Shown piece by piece: positions 7,975 to 16,121 of a DNA stretch of 22,972 nt. Numbering within the stretch: position 1 is the stretch's first letter; every line of letters begins with the position of its first letter. Under the pieces are notes generated by a model that did no database searches, was not told the origin of the DNA, and saw only the letters and a program-made list of their open reading frames with translations. The position numbers and the translations under genes were made by a program. Origin of the DNA: a candidate division WOR-3 bacterium (GTDB lineage Bacteria; Hydrothermota; UBA3072; B12-G15); NCBI GenBank assembly GCA_965649055.1, contig CBFGJG010000032.1:1-22972 (forward strand). The letters run 5' to 3'.

Positions 7975-7980
7975 TTATTT

Positions 7981-8511
7981 ATGGAAGAGTTTTTGAAAAG
8001 ATACAGTATTACCGGTGAAGAGATAAAAAAAATAAAATTATATGTTGAAGAATTAAAAAAATGGAATAAGAAGATAAACCTTGTCTCTAAGGATGATGAA
8101 ATATGGATTATAGAAGACCTGATAATTCCAGTTATTATTATAAGGGACTGGGTTGATTCCGGGAATGTTGTTGAGATTGGTGCAGGTCAGGGTGTGGTGA
8201 GTATTATCCTGAATATTTTAAATAGAAATGCAAGATTCACACTTATTGAAAGAAGGGAAAAGAAATGTTCTTTTTTAAGATATGTAAGGAAAAAACTTTC
8301 TCTAAATTATGATGTTATATGTAAGGATGCAAGAAAAGGAGATTTTAAAGAGATATATGATTTTTTGATCCTTCGGGGTGTGAAGATATTAGACTGGCAT
8401 TTTGATATTGCAAGGAAGATAATATACTTTGGGAAGATAGATGAAAAAAAGGTTATTGAAGAGAGAAGATATAAGAATATTAACATTTCCCTGATTCAAG
8501 GCAATTTTTAG
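7981..8511 (+). CDS. rsmG: 16S rRNA m7G527 methyltransferase RsmG/GidB-like (short, divergent)
   Basis: LKKWNKKINLVS, SAM motif VEIGAGQG, LIERREKKCSFL; 176 aa. Confidence 0.75.
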   Translation: MEEFLKRYSITGEEIKKIKLYVEELKKWNKKINLVSKDDEIWIIEDLIIPVIIIRDWVDSGNVVEIGAGQGVVSIILNILNRNARFTLIERREKKCSFLRYVRKKLSLNYDVICKDARKGDFKEIYDFLILRGVKILDWHFDIARKIIYFGKIDEKKVIEERRYKNINISLIQGNF

Positions 8512-9497
8512 ATATTAAAAAATTCTTCTGCATTTTTCCTTGTGATCTCTATCACTTTATCTAATGGTTCTTTTTTTATATCGGAAAGATATTTTATTGT
8601 TATAATAATATCCTTTGGTTCTGATTCCATCTTGAAATGTCTTACTGGTGAGTCTGTCTCTATCAGTATTTGTTCAAGCGGTGCATATTTTACAACTTCT
8701 CTATGTGGTAAACTGTATTTTAAAGCAGGTGTTGCAGAAATAAAATAACCTTTATCAAGGATTTTTTTTAGAATATCAAGACCACCACTGAACCAGTGAA
8801 AATTTACCCTTTCTATACTTGTATTTTTTAGCATATTAAAACAGTCTTCCCAGGCACCCCTTGAATGAATAATTATTGGTTTTTTATATTTTTCTGCTAA
8901 AAGAATCTGCCTTGAGAATACTTCTTTTTGTAATTCTTTTGAAAATCGTTCATATTTGTAATCAAGTCCACATTCACCAATACCAACAATTTTTTTTATG
9001 TTATCTTCAATTATATTTATTCCGTTTTCTATATCGGTGTTAAGATTATTTGGATGAACACCCATTGACATGAAAATTTTTAAAGGGAGACTTTTATTGG
9101 ACATTTCTATTAACCTTTTGCTACTTTCATAATCAGTGCTTAAAGCAATTATTTTCTCAACACCGAAATCTTTAGCAGAAAACAAAACCTTATTTAGGTC
9201 TTTATATTCATCAAGATGGGAATGTGTATCTATTAAACCTGAAAGATTCAATATCTTTATTCCAGAAATATCTAAATTTTTAAATTCAGGATATATAGAT
9301 ATATAATCATTATCTTTTATTTCAAAATCTGGATAAACTGATTCACCATTTAAAATAATGAGCCCAATTTTCTTTAGTGGAATTTTTTTTATAAAAATTA
9401 TATCCTTTATCTCCAAATATTTTTTTCTTTCTAAAATAAAATATTCCTTTCCTTCATTATATTTTTTCAATTCGCCGTAAAACCTGACATGTATCAT
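8508..9497 (-). CDS. tatD: Ubiquitin-like (Mut7-C type) domain fused to TatD-family nuclease
   Basis: About 85 N-terminal aa VRFYGEL...IILNGESV...IKDNDYISIYPEF.NLDIS, then TatD motifs DTHSH, GVHP, GIGECGLD, HSR, HWF, ETDSP. Confidence 0.85.
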   Translation of the reverse strand: MIHVRFYGELKKYNEGKEYFILERKKYLEIKDIIFIKKIPLKKIGLIILNGESVYPDFEIKDNDYISIYPEFKNLDISGIKILNLSGLIDTHSHLDEYKDLNKVLFSAKDFGVEKIIALSTDYESSKRLIEMSNKSLPLKIFMSMGVHPNNLNTDIENGINIIEDNIKKIVGIGECGLDYKYERFSKELQKEVFSRQILLAEKYKKPIIIHSRGAWEDCFNMLKNTSIERVNFHWFSGGLDILKKILDKGYFISATPALKYSLPHREVVKYAPLEQILIETDSPVRHFKMESEPKDIIITIKYLSDIKKEPLDKVIEITRKNAEEFFNI

Positions 9498-11017
9498 AAC
9501 CTGACATATTTGAACATTCGGAAGGAAAAATAAATAATCAAGATGAATGTGAATAAAGGAAGAAAAATAAATATTAAATATAAAAGAAAAGGAAATTTTT
9601 CAGCCCATGTTATAAGTCCTAATTTTAAAGTTCCATTTAGATGCTGTGCATATAAAGTTGGTAATAAAACAATAATCGCTGTTATTATAATAGATATAAT
9701 CTCTATGAATAAAAACTCGGAAGCATGTAAAACATTCTTTTGGAAATAGTTTCTATCTGGTTTTCTTGTAAGGAAAAAAAGAGAAAGTAAAGAATCAAAA
9801 ATATTTAAAACAAAAATAACGGGCGAAAAAAATATCAAAACGCGTGTCTTCTTTATCAGGAATAGACTTATTAATACAAATATTAGGAAGAAAATAAATG
9901 TCGGAATAAAAAACTTTGTCCTTATTATCTCCTCTTCTTTTACAGGATAAATCTTTGGTAAAGGAAGAACCCTTTTTTCTTGTGCATAAAGATTCACAGA
10001 TACAATTGCACAATAAAAAGAGTTTAATGCAGCAAAGACCATAATAAAAGAATAAGGATTTTTTGAAGTAAAATATAAGAAAAGTGGATAAACGATTGCA
10101 AAAATTAGCAAATATGTTGAAGATGCATCCCTTCTTAAAAAATTAAGGTCTTTTTTTATTAAAGGTGAGAGAAATCTAAAACTTTTTATTGTAATATCTT
10201 TCTTTGATAACCTCTTCCTTGCTATTGAAAAATCAAGATTTAATGGGATTTTCAGTGATATATAAGAAATAATTATTGAAAAAAGAAGAAGATAAATAAT
10301 ATAAAAATAATTTCCATTCACAACATTCAAATACCAAGCTAATGGAGAGAAAGGAAAATAAAGTATTTTTTTTAATCTTAATAAGCCTAAGATATTACTA
10401 AATCTTTCAGGAGAAATAAATTCCCTGCTTGAGAAGAAAAAAAATCCTATAAAAACAAAAAGATATGATATGGTCCCAAGTAATATTGATGTTGTCTTTG
10501 AAATAAAAAGAGCAAGTATAATTCCGATAATATTAGCAATAGATATCAATATTATAGCGAATAATAAAAAAGCTAATATTGAAAGTAATATGTTTGTTTT
10601 ATAGATAATCGGATAAACAATAGAAAAAGGAAGGATGAAAGCAATTGAGAATCCACTGTAAATCAGTGTTTCAAGGGCAGAATGAAAAAATATAGTTGAT
10701 TTTTTAACTGGCAACGTGAGAAAAAAAGGTATGAACTGATTATCGTAAAGGTTTATGGATATAAAAGGTGTATAATTAAAAAGAAATAGAAATGTGAAAA
10801 TAATAATGTATAAACCTGAGATAATATCAGCAAATCTTATACCTCCAAATTCTATATTAAAAACAGATAACATCCTGAAATATAAAAATCCTGCAATAAA
10901 AGAGAACAGAACATACTGGAATAAAAATATGGAATAATTACTCCCGAGGATCCTTGATTCCTTTCTTCTTTCTTTGTTCTTTGAAGAGTATTTAAGCAGG
11001 ATAAACAATTCCCTCAT
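9494..11017 (-). CDS. ABC exporter permease (multi-TM)
   Basis: 507 aa, highly hydrophobic, two-lobed (FFLTLPVK; IKKDL..LRRD); directly downstream of an ABC ATPase. Confidence 0.75.
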   Translation of the reverse strand: MRELFILLKYSSKNKERRKESRILGSNYSIFLFQYVLFSFIAGFLYFRMLSVFNIEFGGIRFADIISGLYIIIFTFLFLFNYTPFISINLYDNQFIPFFLTLPVKKSTIFFHSALETLIYSGFSIAFILPFSIVYPIIYKTNILLSILAFLLFAIILISIANIIGIILALFISKTTSILLGTISYLFVFIGFFFFSSREFISPERFSNILGLLRLKKILYFPFSPLAWYLNVVNGNYFYIIYLLLFSIIISYISLKIPLNLDFSIARKRLSKKDITIKSFRFLSPLIKKDLNFLRRDASSTYLLIFAIVYPLFLYFTSKNPYSFIMVFAALNSFYCAIVSVNLYAQEKRVLPLPKIYPVKEEEIIRTKFFIPTFIFFLIFVLISLFLIKKTRVLIFFSPVIFVLNIFDSLLSLFFLTRKPDRNYFQKNVLHASEFLFIEIISIIITAIIVLLPTLYAQHLNGTLKLGLITWAEKFPFLLYLIFIFLPLFTFILIIYFSFRMFKYVRL

Positions 11018-11022
11018 TTTAA

Positions 11023-11790
11023 TCAGAGTTCCTGAACTATATCCTTTATCTCATCACCACCTGTAAGTTCCAAAAAAAGATCTTCAAGTGTAGATTCTTT
11101 TTCTTTGCTGAGTTTTCTCAATTCTTCAAGATTTCCTTCTGCAATTAAATTACCTTTATTTATGATACCGATTCTATTACACATTTTTTCCGCTATCTCA
11201 AGTATATGTGTGGTGAAAAATATTGTTCTTCCATCCTTCGCCTGCTTTTCAAGTAATAATTTCAGTATTTTTGCAGATCGAGCGTCAAGACCTACTGTGG
11301 GTTCATCAAGGAATAATACCTCTGGTTTTCTCATCAAAACAGATGCAACGACAAGTTTCTGTTTCATACCGTAAGAATAATCGCTTATGAATCCATCAAG
11401 ATAATCAATACCAAATGCAGAGATTATATCTTTAAGATATTTTAATGTTTCTTCTCTTTCGAGTCTATAAATATCAATTATAAAATTTATGTATTCCCAA
11501 CCCTTCAGATTCTCATATAATTTAGGTTCATCAAAAACTATACCTATCTTTCTTTTAATCTCTATAGGATTATTTCTTAAATCAATATCAAGTATTTTAA
11601 TATTACCCGATGTTGGTGTTAATATCCCTGTTAATAATTTTATTGTTGTTGTCTTTCCAGCACCATTTGGACCAAGAAATCCGTATATCTCACCTTTTTT
11701 TATGTTCAAAGAAAGGTTATTAACAGCGATTATATTTCCAAATTTTTTTGACAGGCTTTCACATGAAATCATATATCTTTCTCTTTTCAA
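11023..11790 (-). CDS. ABC transporter ATP-binding protein
   Basis: Walker A GPNGAGKTT, signature YSYGMKQK, Walker B LFLDEP, H-loop TTH; true start may be ATG 11772 rather than TTG 11790. Confidence 0.95.
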   Translation of the reverse strand: MKRERYMISCESLSKKFGNIIAVNNLSLNIKKGEIYGFLGPNGAGKTTTIKLLTGILTPTSGNIKILDIDLRNNPIEIKRKIGIVFDEPKLYENLKGWEYINFIIDIYRLEREETLKYLKDIISAFGIDYLDGFISDYSYGMKQKLVVASVLMRKPEVLFLDEPTVGLDARSAKILKLLLEKQAKDGRTIFFTTHILEIAEKMCNRIGIINKGNLIAEGNLEELRKLSKEKESTLEDLFLELTGGDEIKDIVQEL

Positions 11791-11853
11791 ATATTATGTT
11801 ACAATTTATAATTAATAAAGCCATATTATAGTATTTATGAAAGTAAAAAAAAA

Positions 11854-12567
11854 TCAAGGAAATATTTTTAAAACATAAAAAACATTAAGAAAAACATAAT
11901 GGTTTTTTGCAGTTAAATTCCCTCCTGAATATGTGGTCTCGAATACATAATTTAATGAAAGAATAAGATTCCTAAATAAATTATAATCAATCCCTGCGTT
12001 AATCCTGTTAAGATTCAAACCTTTTGGTGTAAATCCCAATGGTGATGGTGTATGTGAAGCATCTTCAATAACACCATAAAATGGTTCAATCCCCAAGCCT
12101 ATTCCATATTTTCCTAATAAATATTTAATCTGTAAGAGTTCTCTAACAAGCAAAGAATACCCTGTTTTATCATCATAAAAACTTGAATAAAATCTGTTAT
12201 GAAATATTGTCCTTTCAGAAAGAACAAAATTGCCAAATCTTTTCTGGAAAGATGGAAGAAATTCAAAGCTGTGAACATGATAATTTTCAGATTCTAAAAA
12301 GCATGTATAATAGTAATAAATTGGGAACTTTGCATTTATTCCCCGTATATTTATTGAAGGTGTAATACCTGTAAAAAATTCAAACATATAAAAGTTTTTT
12401 GGCTCAGTTCCTTCTCTTAGGAATTCATATCTTATTCCGGGTAAGATTGTCCAGTTAATATCTTTTGAAACAGGGATGTTTAAATTGAAATAAGACCAGA
12501 ATCTAAATGTATTCACCTGTGAAAATAAAGTGAAAGACAGAAAAAAAAGAATAATAAATTTTTTCAT
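11854..12567 (-). CDS. Putative outer-membrane beta-barrel protein, DUF2490-like
   Basis: Signal peptide MKKFIILFFLSFTLFS; aromatic alternating strands; NLNRINAGIDY resembles the DUF2490 NR...G.GY strand; SD AGGAGG. Confidence 0.6.
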   Translation of the reverse strand: MKKFIILFFLSFTLFSQVNTFRFWSYFNLNIPVSKDINWTILPGIRYEFLREGTEPKNFYMFEFFTGITPSINIRGINAKFPIYYYYTCFLESENYHVHSFEFLPSFQKRFGNFVLSERTIFHNRFYSSFYDDKTGYSLLVRELLQIKYLLGKYGIGLGIEPFYGVIEDASHTPSPLGFTPKGLNLNRINAGIDYNLFRNLILSLNYVFETTYSGGNLTAKNHYVFLNVFYVLKIFP

Positions 12568-12577
12568 AACATACCTC

Positions 12578-14011
12578 CTATTTAAATATATTGTTCAAAA
12601 AACCATTATCATATCTTTTAGTGAATGTGCTTACTATAATTATAACTATCAAACCAGATATTATTCCAGGTATAAAACCGTGAATTTTGAAAGGATTTTT
12701 CAATATGAGCCAGACCAGTGCTACTGTAAATCCTGTTATCATCGAAGATATTACAGATATTTTTGTGACCCATCTTGAGTATAGACCGAAAAGAACAGGC
12801 CATAGGGTTGTTGAAGAAATTATCGTCCATGAGAATGCGGTTAAAGTTAAGATAAGTGCAGGTGGTTTTATTGCAAGAATTATTGATATTAAACCAACAA
12901 TAGTTGTGGTTATCTTGCTTATGAAAACCAATCGTTTTTCTTCGAATTTTAAATTCAATCCTTCCCTTAAGAAATCTTTTACAACAGAGCCTGTAATAAT
13001 TATAAGAACAGATGAAAATGTGGACATACCTGCTGCAAGAACAGCAGCAAGGAATATAGAAGCACCGAAAGGATTTAAAACATTCTTTACAAGCATAGGT
13101 ATTGCATAATCTGCACTTTTTAATTCAGTGAATAAAACCCTTGATAAAGCACCATTAAAATATGGAAGAAGTGCAAGACATGTTCCCATTGCTGCTATTG
13201 GTGTTCCTATCTTAAAAAAACTCAACTTTTTTATGGAATAGAAACGGACGAGAAGTTGCGGCATTCCCCATACACCAAAACTCACTATCAAAGCATAAGA
13301 TATCAATCCCTGCCATCCCCAAACACCAGGTGTTTCAACAAAACCTTTGTTCATTTGAGAAAGAGAATATACACCATTTGAGAGACCACCAACATTCTTC
13401 AAAGTAAATATAGTCAGGATTATTAGCCCAAGGCCCATTATCCATGCCTGTAAGAAACTTGTCCAGACAACTGCAATGTATCCACCAAAAGACACATAAA
13501 AAAGAATGATTAAAGAAGATATTAAAAGCCCGTAAATATATGGTATTCCAATAAGAACTTCAAATATATGCCCCATTCCTTTAAGCATGCTGATATTATA
13601 AACGATGAGAAAAATAGCAATAATGACAGATGAAAAGATTAATACAAAATTAGAATCATATCTTTTCTTTAAAAAATCAGGGATTGTAATTGCATTCAAA
13701 TCGTGTGTCATTTTTCTCATCCGGGGACCAAGGACAATCCAGCAAATAGTTGTTCCAAGGAAAACATTTATTGCACCTATCCAGAGTGTAGAAAGACCAT
13801 ACTTCCATCCAAAGCCACCACCCCCAATTATAACAACCGAACTGAAATAAGCAGCAACATACGATAATGATGTAACCCATGGGCCAATATTCCTACCACC
13901 TATGTAAAAATCAGATACATCTTTCGTCTTTTTTCCTGAAAATATACCTATTAAAAGGAGGATTCCAATATAAAGAAATATAACTATTGTATAAATTATC
14001 AGACTATTCAT
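12578..14011 (-). CDS. Sodium:solute symporter (PutP/PanF-like)
   Basis: DFYIGGRNIGPW, TIPDFLKKRY, GMPQLLVRFY, AAGMST; about 13 TM segments. Confidence 0.92.
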   Translation of the reverse strand: MNSLIIYTIVIFLYIGILLLIGIFSGKKTKDVSDFYIGGRNIGPWVTSLSYVAAYFSSVVIIGGGGFGWKYGLSTLWIGAINVFLGTTICWIVLGPRMRKMTHDLNAITIPDFLKKRYDSNFVLIFSSVIIAIFLIVYNISMLKGMGHIFEVLIGIPYIYGLLISSLIILFYVSFGGYIAVVWTSFLQAWIMGLGLIILTIFTLKNVGGLSNGVYSLSQMNKGFVETPGVWGWQGLISYALIVSFGVWGMPQLLVRFYSIKKLSFFKIGTPIAAMGTCLALLPYFNGALSRVLFTELKSADYAIPMLVKNVLNPFGASIFLAAVLAAGMSTFSSVLIIITGSVVKDFLREGLNLKFEEKRLVFISKITTTIVGLISIILAIKPPALILTLTAFSWTIISSTTLWPVLFGLYSRWVTKISVISSMITGFTVALVWLILKNPFKIHGFIPGIISGLIVIIIVSTFTKRYDNGFLNNIFK

Positions 14012-14121
14012 TTTTTCCCCCTTGGCCTAAAAAGAATTCCCCATATTATTGCTATAATAATTGAAAGAAAAGAAAAGATAATAGAAAAAAATGTTAAGAA
14101 AGGAATGTTAAAAAGTTCCAT
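14008..14121 (-). CDS. Small single-TM symporter accessory peptide (37 aa; absent from ORF track)
   Basis: MELFNIPFLTFFSIIFSFLSIIIAIIWGILFRPRGKK; SD GGAGGA; ATGA overlap with the symporter start. Confidence 0.8.
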   Translation of the reverse strand: MELFNIPFLTFFSIIFSFLSIIIAIIWGILFRPRGKK

Positions 14122-14141
14122 ATTTCCTCCGTTTTTTTTAA

Positions 14142-14169
14142 ATTCTAAAAATGTTAAAAAAAAGGTCAA
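14142..14169 (-). promoter_or_regulatory. Sigma70-like promoter of the symporter operon
   Basis: TTGACC (14169-14164)-N16-TAGAAT (14147-14142). Confidence 0.65.
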
Positions 14170-14177
14170 GAAAATAA

Positions 14178-14205
14178 TTGATTAAAAAAATTAATTAATT
14201 AAAAT
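14178..14205 (+). promoter_or_regulatory. Sigma70-like promoter of 14225..14782
   Basis: TTGATT (14178-14183)-N16-TAAAAT (14200-14205). Confidence 0.55.
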
Positions 14206-14224
14206 AAAAAAAACAGGAGGAAAA

Positions 14225-14782
14225 ATGGAAGCGAAAGGTGTTGGAGTTCTCTCTGTGATTGATTTTGTAAAAACGAAATTCCCTGATAGATTTGAAGAAT
14301 GGAAAAACTCACTTCCTGAGCAGTCAAAGATAATATTAAATAGTAAAATTTTGCCAAATCAATGGTATCCTGTCAGAGAATCAATAACAATTCCCATGAG
14401 AAAATTCTGCGATATTTTTTATGGTGGGAGTTTAAAGGGTGCCTGGGAGTATGGAAGATATAGTGCAGAGAAAGAGTTAACAGGCATATATAAAATTTTC
14501 ATTAAACTTTCTAATATCAATATGTTCATCAAGAAAGCAAGCGGGCTATTTTCCCTGTATTACAGACCTGCAAGGATGGAATTAAAAGAAAATAGTCCAG
14601 GGAAACTGATTTTAGATATTGTTGGGTTTGAAGATATGGAAGATGTGAATGAATATGACATTGGTGGTTGGATCGAACGTGCAGGGGAGTTTTATAATCT
14701 AAAAAATCTGAAAGTCTCGATAGAAAAGGCAATTTCAAAAGGTGACGAAGTTACAAGATATAACATCGAATGGACCCCATAA
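14225..14782 (+). CDS. Hypothetical protein, DUF2378/V4R(H-NOX)-like fold
   Basis: 185 aa; KG..........F, WYP, GR..A....G.Y, GWIE.A.E and C-terminal Y.I.W pattern; SD AGGAGG. Confidence 0.5.
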   Translation: MEAKGVGVLSVIDFVKTKFPDRFEEWKNSLPEQSKIILNSKILPNQWYPVRESITIPMRKFCDIFYGGSLKGAWEYGRYSAEKELTGIYKIFIKLSNINMFIKKASGLFSLYYRPARMELKENSPGKLILDIVGFEDMEDVNEYDIGGWIERAGEFYNLKNLKVSIEKAISKGDEVTRYNIEWTP

Positions 14783-14879
14783 ATTATTCACAAGTTGTGA
14801 GCTAAAATTCATTATTACTAATAATTCATAAAAGTGCATTGATGTTTTTCTTTTTTGTATTGTGTAAATTTCATTAAAT

Positions 14880-15254
14880 TTATTCTATCGCTATATAGAA
14901 TTCTTCGTCGTTTTCTTTTCCTTCAATCAAAACCTGTGGTGAATCAGGGAATGATTCTGCGAAACTTTCTATAAATTCATTTATTTTTGATGTATCTATG
15001 CCTTTTTCCTCCATCCTTGACTTTGCTTCATTTGGGATAAAATTAACGAATTTACCAGAAAATTTAATCATAGTTTTCATAAATCCGAGCGGAATCGCAA
15101 GATTAACATTTTCATTTGGTCCTCTTACCTTTATCACAATTTTTTTACCCTTTAATTTGTCATCTTCAGCTGCATTTAAAAGTTTATAAGCCTGTTCTGA
15201 ATTTATCTTTCCCTCTTCAAGCATCTTTAAAATCTTGAGTTTATTCTCATCCAT
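14880..15254 (-). CDS. SHOCT-like domain protein (DUF2089-operon associated)
   Basis: N-terminal KILKMLEEGKINSEQAYKLL followed by IVIKV...VNLAIPL. Confidence 0.7.
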   Translation of the reverse strand: MDENKLKILKMLEEGKINSEQAYKLLNAAEDDKLKGKKIVIKVRGPNENVNLAIPLGFMKTMIKFSGKFVNFIPNEAKSRMEEKGIDTSKINEFIESFAESFPDSPQVLIEGKENDEEFYIAIE

Positions 15255-15506
15255 CTATTCCTCCATCTTCTTTAATCCTTCCTCAGCAGTAATTTTACCT
15301 GATTCAATATCCTTTAGGATTTCTTTTATATTCCTTTTTTCTCTCTTACAATATGTTTTTCTAAAGTTGAATGCCTTTGAAATCACATATATACCCCAGA
15401 GAATAAGCAAAAATGGCCAGTCCCTTCCCCAGTTCCATCCTGAACCAAGGAAATTCAAAACCCATATAACTATACCAAAGACGATAAAAACAATACCCCA
15501 GAACAT
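15255..15506 (-). CDS. Small 2-TM LiaF/DUF5668-like membrane protein with C-terminal SHOCT-like hairpin
   Basis: FWGIVFIVFG...WPFLLILWGI then EILKDIESGKITAEEGLKKM; SD GGAGG. Confidence 0.7.
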   Translation of the reverse strand: MFWGIVFIVFGIVIWVLNFLGSGWNWGRDWPFLLILWGIYVISKAFNFRKTYCKREKRNIKEILKDIESGKITAEEGLKKMEE

Positions 15507-15507
15507 A

Positions 15508-16113
15508 TTAACCTCCTGTTTTTTTTGTTATACTTACATTACCAAAATTATTTTTTATCCTCACAATCTTAGAACCTGTTGAATTTACAAAATCATTATC
15601 CACATTTCCAAACTGATTTTCAACCTCAAATTTTGCATCAGGCTCACAGAAGTATGTTATCTCTGTCCCACCAAATTTATTACTTATTTCTATATTCACA
15701 GGTTTTAAAACCAAAACATCAAGATTTCCCAATTTTACCGAACCTTTAAAATCATCTTCTATTTCAACCTCACAATTTCCGAAGTTTAAATTTAATTCAA
15801 TAGGGATGCCTTTATTTATCTCAATCTCACAGACACCACCATTCAAATCAATATACCCTTCTTTACCTTCCTTTTCAAAATCAATCATACCTTCTTTTTC
15901 AAGGAAACATCTAATACCCTTTTTTATTTTGAGACTACCTGCATTAACATTTACAACTAACATTTCAAGACCATTTAGGAAATCATCTATATTGTATATC
16001 TTCATCCTCTCTTTTTTATCCTTCTTTGATAATGCACGAAGAAGCCTTTCTGCCTGCTCTGCATTTATCTTACCTTCTTCAAGTAATTTTAATACTTTTA
16101 ATCTTTCATCCAT
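15508..16113 (-). CDS. SHOCT-like + DUF4097/Toastrack-like protein (YvlB/LiaX-like)
   Basis: MDERLKVLKLLEEGKINAEQAERLLRAL then repeated x-N-x-FG-x-V beta units (NLNFGNC, SNKFGGT, ENQFGNV, KNNFGNV). Confidence 0.7.
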   Translation of the reverse strand: MDERLKVLKLLEEGKINAEQAERLLRALSKKDKKERMKIYNIDDFLNGLEMLVVNVNAGSLKIKKGIRCFLEKEGMIDFEKEGKEGYIDLNGGVCEIEINKGIPIELNLNFGNCEVEIEDDFKGSVKLGNLDVLVLKPVNIEISNKFGGTEITYFCEPDAKFEVENQFGNVDNDFVNSTGSKIVRIKNNFGNVSITKKTGG

Positions 16114-16121
16114 AAAGCCTC

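Noticed and set aside
11105..13850. Plus-strand ORFs (e.g. 11489..11815, 12687..13109) opposite the ABC ATPase and symporter
   Set aside because: Antisense-frame artefacts of conserved genes.
14788..14800. Palindrome TCACAA-G-TTGTGA between convergent genes
   Set aside because: Short, 1-nt loop, no U-tract and not upstream of any gene; function unsupported.
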